A DNA stretch of 64,000 bases from NCBI GenBank assembly GCA_043799545.1, contig JAZDNO010000023.1, forward strand, positions 1-64,000, read 5' to 3'. Below the pieces are notes generated by a model that was given only the letters and a program-made list of their open reading frames with translations, did no database searches and had not been told where the DNA came from. A program made the translations under genes and the position numbers. Positions 58,188 to 64,000 of the stretch are shown piece by piece (position 1 is the stretch's first letter; every line of letters begins with the position of its first letter). Origin of the DNA: Methanobacteriota archaeon. GTDB lineage: Archaea > Thermoplasmatota > Thermoplasmata > SG8-5 > DAIRED01.

Positions 58188-58211
58188 CCAGCGCCCCGAT
58201 GCGCGCTACGC

Positions 58212-59612
58212 ATGATGTCCGAGGACGATTTCAGCAACTGGTACAACGACCTTGTCGAGAGGGCCGGCCTGTGCGACAAGCGCTACCCGATAAAGGGCAT
58301 GAACATCTGGACAGCCTACGGGTGGAAGGTCATGAGCCTCATCGATTCGTTCACGCGCGCGGAGATGGAACGAACTTCCCACGGGGAAGTCTGTTTCCCG
58401 CTTCTCATCCCCGCAGACCAGTTCGCCAGGGAAGAGAAGCACATCAAGGGTTTCGGCTCCGAGGTATACTGGGTCACGCACGCGGGGGACAACCCGCTCG
58501 ACATCAAGCTCGTCGTTAGGCCGACGTCGGAGACGGCGATGTACCCTATTTTCTCGCTCTGGATAAGGGCGCACACCGACCTGCCGCTGAAAGTATACCA
58601 GGTCTGCAACGTCTTCCGCTACGAGACGAAGCAGACTCGGGCGTTCGTGCGGATGCGCGAGATTCACTTCTTCGAGGCGCACACATGCCACGCCGACTTC
58701 GAGGACGCCGAGCGCCAGATGGCCGAGGACATGGAGATAATGGACAACGTCTCGCGAGCCCTCTGCCTCCCGCACTTCAAGCACCGCCGCCCCGACTGGG
58801 ACAAGTTCGCGGGCGCCTATTACTCCGTCGGTATAGACTGCCACATGCCCACGGGACGCACGGTCCAGATTGGCGGCATCCACCAGTACCGCGACAACTT
58901 CGCCAAGGCGTACGACATCAAGTACGAGGCCGACAACGGGGAGCACAGGCACGTCCACCAGACGACCTACGGCATGAGCGAGCGCCTCGTCGGCGCAATC
59001 GTCGCGATTCACGGGGACGAACACGGGCTCAAGCTCCCGCCCGCGGTGGCTCCGATACAGGTGGTCATCGTCCCGATACTGTCGAAGGACGGAAAGGACG
59101 ACGTGGCGGGCGAGAGCGCAAATGTGCGAGACGAGCTAGCAGCCGCCGGAATCCGCGTCCACCTCGACGACCGCGACCTGCGCCCCGGCAACAAGTATTT
59201 CGATTGGGAATTGAAGGGCGTCCCGCTTCGGTTGGAAATCGGGGGGCGCGACATCAAGAGCCAGTCCGTCCTATCGGTCAGGCGCGACACGCGCGAGAAG
59301 AGCCCGATTGCGAGGGGCGAGCTGGTTTCCGGCGTCCGAGCGAAGCTTGACGCAATCCAGAAGGCGATGTGGGACGACGCGTCGGCGAAGCTGGCGAGCG
59401 GAACGGTTGCAGTCACGTCGCTGGAGGGCGAGCAGCCCAAGGCGGTGCTGCGGATGGCCTGGTGCGGGGAAAACGCGTGCGGCCAGGAAATCGAGGCGAA
59501 GACGGGCCTGAACATCCTGGGCACGAGCTACCGGATAGAAGCCGGTTCAGGCCATTGCGTGAAATGCGGCGGGGCGGCGAAGATTTTCCTGTACGCGGCC
59601 AGGACATACTGA
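58212..59612 (+). CDS. proS: Proline--tRNA ligase, archaeal/eukaryotic type
   Basis: VRPTSET, FRYETKQTRAFVRMREIHFFEAHT, HQTTYGMSERLVGA, GLKLPPAVAPIQV, WELKGVPLRLEIG and a C-terminal Zn-binding region. Confidence 0.97.
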   Translation: MMSEDDFSNWYNDLVERAGLCDKRYPIKGMNIWTAYGWKVMSLIDSFTRAEMERTSHGEVCFPLLIPADQFAREEKHIKGFGSEVYWVTHAGDNPLDIKLVVRPTSETAMYPIFSLWIRAHTDLPLKVYQVCNVFRYETKQTRAFVRMREIHFFEAHTCHADFEDAERQMAEDMEIMDNVSRALCLPHFKHRRPDWDKFAGAYYSVGIDCHMPTGRTVQIGGIHQYRDNFAKAYDIKYEADNGEHRHVHQTTYGMSERLVGAIVAIHGDEHGLKLPPAVAPIQVVIVPILSKDGKDDVAGESANVRDELAAAGIRVHLDDRDLRPGNKYFDWELKGVPLRLEIGGRDIKSQSVLSVRRDTREKSPIARGELVSGVRAKLDAIQKAMWDDASAKLASGTVAVTSLEGEQPKAVLRMAWCGENACGQEIEAKTGLNILGTSYRIEAGSGHCVKCGGAAKIFLYAARTY

Positions 59613-59709
59613 AGTCGGAACGGGTCGAAAACAGATGATTGCATTATCGCAACATCCGCACCATAATGTTTATATGCTTTTCTATGCATATATGCTTCAG
59701 GTGTAATCA

Positions 59710-62700
59710 ATGGCGGGATTGGAAGAGGGAGCGTGGGCTCGTCCGACAGCGGTTTCCATCCTTGTCGCCGCAATGCTTTTCACGGCTCTGGCCGGTTTTG
59801 GGCCGGCAAAGAGCACATTGGCGTCGGCAGACCCCATTATGCCATTCGCGGCGGGCTCATACGTGCCCGGGACCGATTGGGTCAAGTATGGTGTCGTGCT
59901 GGACATCGGCGCCCCGGGGCAGGAGTCTCACGTGCTGACACCGACCGTAATCAAGTTGACGGACGGGTCGTATGCGATGTGGTACGAGGGCCGTGGTCTT
60001 GACGGGCACCAGCGGATTTACAAGGCAACTTCGAACGACGGGCTTTCATGGACCCTGCACGGCGTTGCCATCGATTATGGCGAGCCATATGCCGAATTCG
60101 GAGTGATGTTTCCCTTTGTCATGGTCGATGATTCCGGGCTTTATCACATGTGGTACGCGGGATACAACGGTTATAAGCACACGAGGATACTCCAAGCGAC
60201 ATCTGTGGATGGTTGGAACTGGACAAAGCTTGGTCCTGAACTCTCCTCCGGTTCTGTCTATGACCCGGACGGTGTCAGCAACCCACGGTTGCACTTCGAC
60301 GGTACGCAATGGCACATGTGGTACAGCGGAAGCCAATGGAACCCACTTCGCATCTGGGTATGCCATGCCCACAAGGCAGCATTGGCCGACCCATGGATTA
60401 AGGATGGAATTGTCCTTTACAACGACGCGGATTACGACAACAACGTTGCTTGGGCTCAGTACATCGTGCCCAACGATAATGGTTATGATATGTTCTATGG
60501 CGGAAGATCTCCTGACCAGTATCCGGGCAGGATTTGCCACGCTTCCTCGGCCGACGGTCTGAATTGGACCAAGACCGGCATAGCGCTCGACCGGACGCTG
60601 CCCGGTGAATCGGTCATGTGCGACTTCCCCTCGGTCCTAGTGGATGATGGCGTTTACAAGATGTGGTACACCGGATATGACGGCGTGCACGACAGGACTT
60701 TCTACGCCGAATCCGCCGCGCCAGTGCCCGTGGAGACGGTCGACCTTTCAATCTCGTCAAGCGACGTCGCAACGTCGAATGCGGCACCGGTTGAGGGCGA
60801 CTCTGTAAATATCACCGCGACTGTCCACGGGGACGCGAGCACCGCGTCCGGATGGGAGAAGCGCGGTGTCGTGATGGACGTTGGCGGCGCATATCAGAAC
60901 CTCCACGTGGACGTACCGTCGGTGCTCCGATTACCTAACGGGACGTACGCGATGTACTACGTCGGCGAGGACACGCATCCCAACTGGCGCATATTCCGGG
61001 CGTTTTCATATGATGGCATCAACTGGACGAAGCAGGGAGTCGTGCTGAACTACGGCGGAGCCTACGCCGGGGTTGGAGTGTGCGACCCGTACGTGGTGCT
61101 GGATGCGTCTGGCAAATACCACATGTGGTATACGGGCTACAACGCCGAGGCGGGAGGTAACAGGATGCGCATCCTATACGCAACCTCGACGACGGGATTC
61201 AATTTCCAGTACCAGAGGATGGAGGTCAACTACGGCGGCACAGACGGTCCTGACTCCGTCAGGTTCCCCTACGTCGTCCAGGATGATTCCGGACAGACGT
61301 TGTTCTACGACGGCGCCTCGTGGTACACGAACCCGCGCAGCTGGGTGAACCACGCGCACTGCGCCACAGGGGCGGCCTCGTGGACGAAGGACGGCAAGGT
61401 CATCACATCCAGCGCTCCATTCGGAGATAACCAGGGAAGAGCCTGGGTCTTGGGGACTGAGGCCGGGTACGAGGCGTTCTACACGTGTTACGATGCCAGC
61501 GGAATCAGCAGGATTCTGCGCTCAACATCGCCAGACGGATACGCCTGGACCCTCGACGGGGTTGCCCTGGAACCAACCATCCCCGAGGAGGGCACGAACG
61601 TTCGCTGGTGCTCGGTCATCGCTGAGGGTGACGTCTACAAGATGTGGTATTCCGTGCCCGGTGTGCACGGGCGCATCTTCTACGCTGAGAAGGCGCCCGG
61701 CCACGTCGCCCAGGATGCGACATGTGACGTCTCGTTCTACATGGACACCGTCGATCCGATGAACCTGATAGGTTCGGTGGAGGATGTCTTTGTGCCGGCC
61801 AACGGGCAGGCGCAGGCGAGCCTCGACTGGTCTGCGGTCGCGGGCGACCACGACATCATCGTCGAAGTCGGCAGCGTAGTTCCCGCGGATTCCGACCTCT
61901 CGAACAACGTAGCCGTGGCCTCGATAACAGTAAGCGACCCGCCGAATCCCGCCACCGTCGATTTGGCAGTCTTCGACAACGAAATTTCCCTGCCCGAAGA
62001 GGCTGAGACCGGTGAAGTTGTGACCGTCGCAGCGACAATCCACAATCCATTATCGCTCGGAGCCGAATGGGTCAAGAAGGGCGTTGTCCTGAATCCCGAC
62101 ATCTCGGCCCAGTATCCTTGCGTCATCAAGGACGGTGCCGTTTACAAGATGTGGTACGCGGGCTTCGGCGCCCCCGACATCTACTACGCAACGTCAACTG
62201 ACCGCGTGAATTGGACGAACTACGGAAGAGTGCTGATACATCCGTCCGGCACGACATACGCCGCAGCGCCATCGGTCATGCGCGACAGCGACGGCACCTA
62301 CAAGATGTGGTACTCGTGCCAGAACTACAATTGGAATTCCGAGATTTACTACGCAACATCTCCCGACGGCATCACTTGGACCAAAGCGGGAAAGGTCCTG
62401 TCGATAGGCTCGGTTGGCAGCTTCGACTCGGTTTATGCTTGTCAAGGTTACGTTTTCAAGGAGTCTGGCCTCTATAAAATGTACTACAAGGCCTACGACG
62501 CCGGTTTGGTGAGCAGGATGGGCTATGCGACCTCGGCCGACGGCGTAGCGTGGGTCAAGCAGGGGTGTGTCATGGAATTGCCAGCTGGCTACACTGGCAT
62601 GGAGTGCCCGATGGTCTTGCCAGACGGCGCCGGGTCGTACGACATGTGGTTCAACGCGGGCTCCTCCGGTACATGCCGGATATTATCCGCCCATTCCACC

Positions 62701-63723
62701 GACGGCATCACCTGGTCGCAGGGGGTGGTCGAACTCGAAGGCACGCCCGGAGATGCAGACAGCGCGATGGTATACACGCCTTTCGTCATGCCAGACGGAG
62801 GCGACCTTTGCTTGTATTACTCCGGCAACGCCGCCGGGTCCGCAAGCTATATCTTCCTGGCGGAGAAGATTGCGTCCGGGTCCGACGCTACCTGCACGGT
62901 GTCGTTCTATCTCGACTGCGTCGACGAGGCGAACCTCATCTGCCGGGAAACCGAAGTATTCGTCCCGATGGGCGGGCAAACGACTGTGGAGGCGGAGTGG
63001 AGCGCAAACCCTGCAGGCGAGCACGAGGTGATTGTTGCAGTCTCTGACGTGTCGCCGACGGATTCCGACCTCACGAACAACGTGGCATCCGAGACGATAA
63101 CTGTGGCCGAACCCGCTTCCCCTGCGGAGCTGGAGATTTCCAAGGTCATGCTCTCAGGCATCACCGAGGGCTACACGTTTACGCACTATGAGTGGGAGCT
63201 TCTGATAACAGTTTCCAACGTCGGCGGTTCAGATGCTGAGGACATCGTGGTCAGGGACGTCCTTCCAGCAGAACTCGAGCTGCTGGAGATGCTGCCCTCT
63301 GATGGCACGGCGTGTTACCTGAACGAGGGAGATGCGATATTGCAGCTGAGATTGCCACCGATCATCATCCTCCCTGTCGTGAGGGCGACGCACATCACGT
63401 GGACAATCGCGGAAATGGCTCCGGGAGCGGAGGAAACACTATGCCTCAAGATATGCACGCGGGTCAACCCGGGGGGCAACCAGGAATTCACCTTCCCCGG
63501 CAACTACACCCTGAACGACGGTGCCTGGCTCTCGGCTACGGATACGTTGACGGGCGATGAAATATCCGCAGGTCCGACCCCCCCGATAACCGTCGAAATT
63601 TCTGGATTCATCCCGCAATGTCTGGAACCGAGAATCGATTTGGGAATCCGATACATCGCGAGGGACGAGTACCTCGCACGCCCGAACCCGTCGCCGGCGC
63701 GGCCAATCAGCAGAATTGTGTGA
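59710..63723 (+). CDS. Secreted protein with three five-bladed beta-propellers (GH32/43/130-like fold), two CARDB domains and a C-terminal DUF11-like domain
   Basis: Signal peptide; blade repeats W.K.GVVL...P.V...G.Y.MWY.G...I..ATS.DG..W; CARDB ends DSDLSNNVA and DSDLTNNVA. Confidence 0.85.
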   Translation: MAGLEEGAWARPTAVSILVAAMLFTALAGFGPAKSTLASADPIMPFAAGSYVPGTDWVKYGVVLDIGAPGQESHVLTPTVIKLTDGSYAMWYEGRGLDGHQRIYKATSNDGLSWTLHGVAIDYGEPYAEFGVMFPFVMVDDSGLYHMWYAGYNGYKHTRILQATSVDGWNWTKLGPELSSGSVYDPDGVSNPRLHFDGTQWHMWYSGSQWNPLRIWVCHAHKAALADPWIKDGIVLYNDADYDNNVAWAQYIVPNDNGYDMFYGGRSPDQYPGRICHASSADGLNWTKTGIALDRTLPGESVMCDFPSVLVDDGVYKMWYTGYDGVHDRTFYAESAAPVPVETVDLSISSSDVATSNAAPVEGDSVNITATVHGDASTASGWEKRGVVMDVGGAYQNLHVDVPSVLRLPNGTYAMYYVGEDTHPNWRIFRAFSYDGINWTKQGVVLNYGGAYAGVGVCDPYVVLDASGKYHMWYTGYNAEAGGNRMRILYATSTTGFNFQYQRMEVNYGGTDGPDSVRFPYVVQDDSGQTLFYDGASWYTNPRSWVNHAHCATGAASWTKDGKVITSSAPFGDNQGRAWVLGTEAGYEAFYTCYDASGISRILRSTSPDGYAWTLDGVALEPTIPEEGTNVRWCSVIAEGDVYKMWYSVPGVHGRIFYAEKAPGHVAQDATCDVSFYMDTVDPMNLIGSVEDVFVPANGQAQASLDWSAVAGDHDIIVEVGSVVPADSDLSNNVAVASITVSDPPNPATVDLAVFDNEISLPEEAETGEVVTVAATIHNPLSLGAEWVKKGVVLNPDISAQYPCVIKDGAVYKMWYAGFGAPDIYYATSTDRVNWTNYGRVLIHPSGTTYAAAPSVMRDSDGTYKMWYSCQNYNWNSEIYYATSPDGITWTKAGKVLSIGSVGSFDSVYACQGYVFKESGLYKMYYKAYDAGLVSRMGYATSADGVAWVKQGCVMELPAGYTGMECPMVLPDGAGSYDMWFNAGSSGTCRILSAHSTDGITWSQGVVELEGTPGDADSAMVYTPFVMPDGGDLCLYYSGNAAGSASYIFLAEKIASGSDATCTVSFYLDCVDEANLICRETEVFVPMGGQTTVEAEWSANPAGEHEVIVAVSDVSPTDSDLTNNVASETITVAEPASPAELEISKVMLSGITEGYTFTHYEWELLITVSNVGGSDAEDIVVRDVLPAELELLEMLPSDGTACYLNEGDAILQLRLPPIIILPVVRATHITWTIAEMAPGAEETLCLKICTRVNPGGNQEFTFPGNYTLNDGAWLSATDTLTGDEISAGPTPPITVEISGFIPQCLEPRIDLGIRYIARDEYLARPNPSPARPISRIV

Positions 63724-63754
63724 TGCGGAGAAAGAAACTGTTGCATCTGCCAGA

Positions 63755-63976
63755 CTACTTTATTTCCAGCTTGCCGCCGTAGAGGTATACCCCGACGAGA
63801 CCGGTCCCAACCATCACCATGAAGAAGGAGTAGATGGCGATGTTATCTATGTCGAAGATGTTCCAGGCGCCGTAGAGCATGCCCCACGCGGCGTAGAGCG
63901 TGATGCCGCCCACCAGCACAAGGCCGTAGAAGAGAGCGGTCAGCCTTCGCGACGAATCCTTGGATTCCTCGATCAT
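63755..63976 (-). CDS. Small membrane protein (73 aa, two TM helices)
   Basis: Two hydrophobic segments; converges on the preceding gene with a short gap. Confidence 0.7.
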   Translation of the reverse strand: MIEESKDSSRRLTALFYGLVLVGGITLYAAWGMLYGAWNIFDIDNIAIYSFFMVMVGTGLVGVYLYGGKLEIK

Positions 63977-64000
63977 CGTCCCGGCTAAAGTCCTTCTTTT

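Overview
Archaeal chromosomal window, most likely a GC-rich Thermoplasmatota (inferred from archaeal-type ProRS, an archaeosortase, a COG4738-type regulator, KaiC/RAD55 ATPases and BRE-TATA promoters). About three quarters of it encodes secreted or surface proteins. In order: a 5'-truncated, AT-rich S8 subtilase with many accessory domains (1-7346); housekeeping and regulatory genes (PHP protein, wHTH regulator, rpiA, DUF2797, nnr); a tightly coupled KaiC/RAD55-like operon; a glycosylation and sorting locus (GT-B glycosyltransferase, flippase, epimerase, archaeosortase C with a C-terminal Zn finger); five paralogous mix-and-match surface-protein genes interrupted by prs; an ~6,085-aa protein with seven N-terminal Zn ribbons, 35 DUF11-like repeats and a PEF-CTERM-like signal; two more anchored surface proteins; proS; and a secreted protein with beta-propellers nested inside CARDB domains. 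I found no rRNA, tRNA, CRISPR array, transposase, integrase or reverse transcriptase. The best candidate for an undescribed system is a cell-envelope system made of the giant protein, the Zn-finger archaeosortase and the modular surface-protein array. Secondary candidates are the KaiC-like operon and a 25-aa small ORF with its own promoter and SD that the ORF track missed. All domain names come from motifs recognised by eye, not from database searches.
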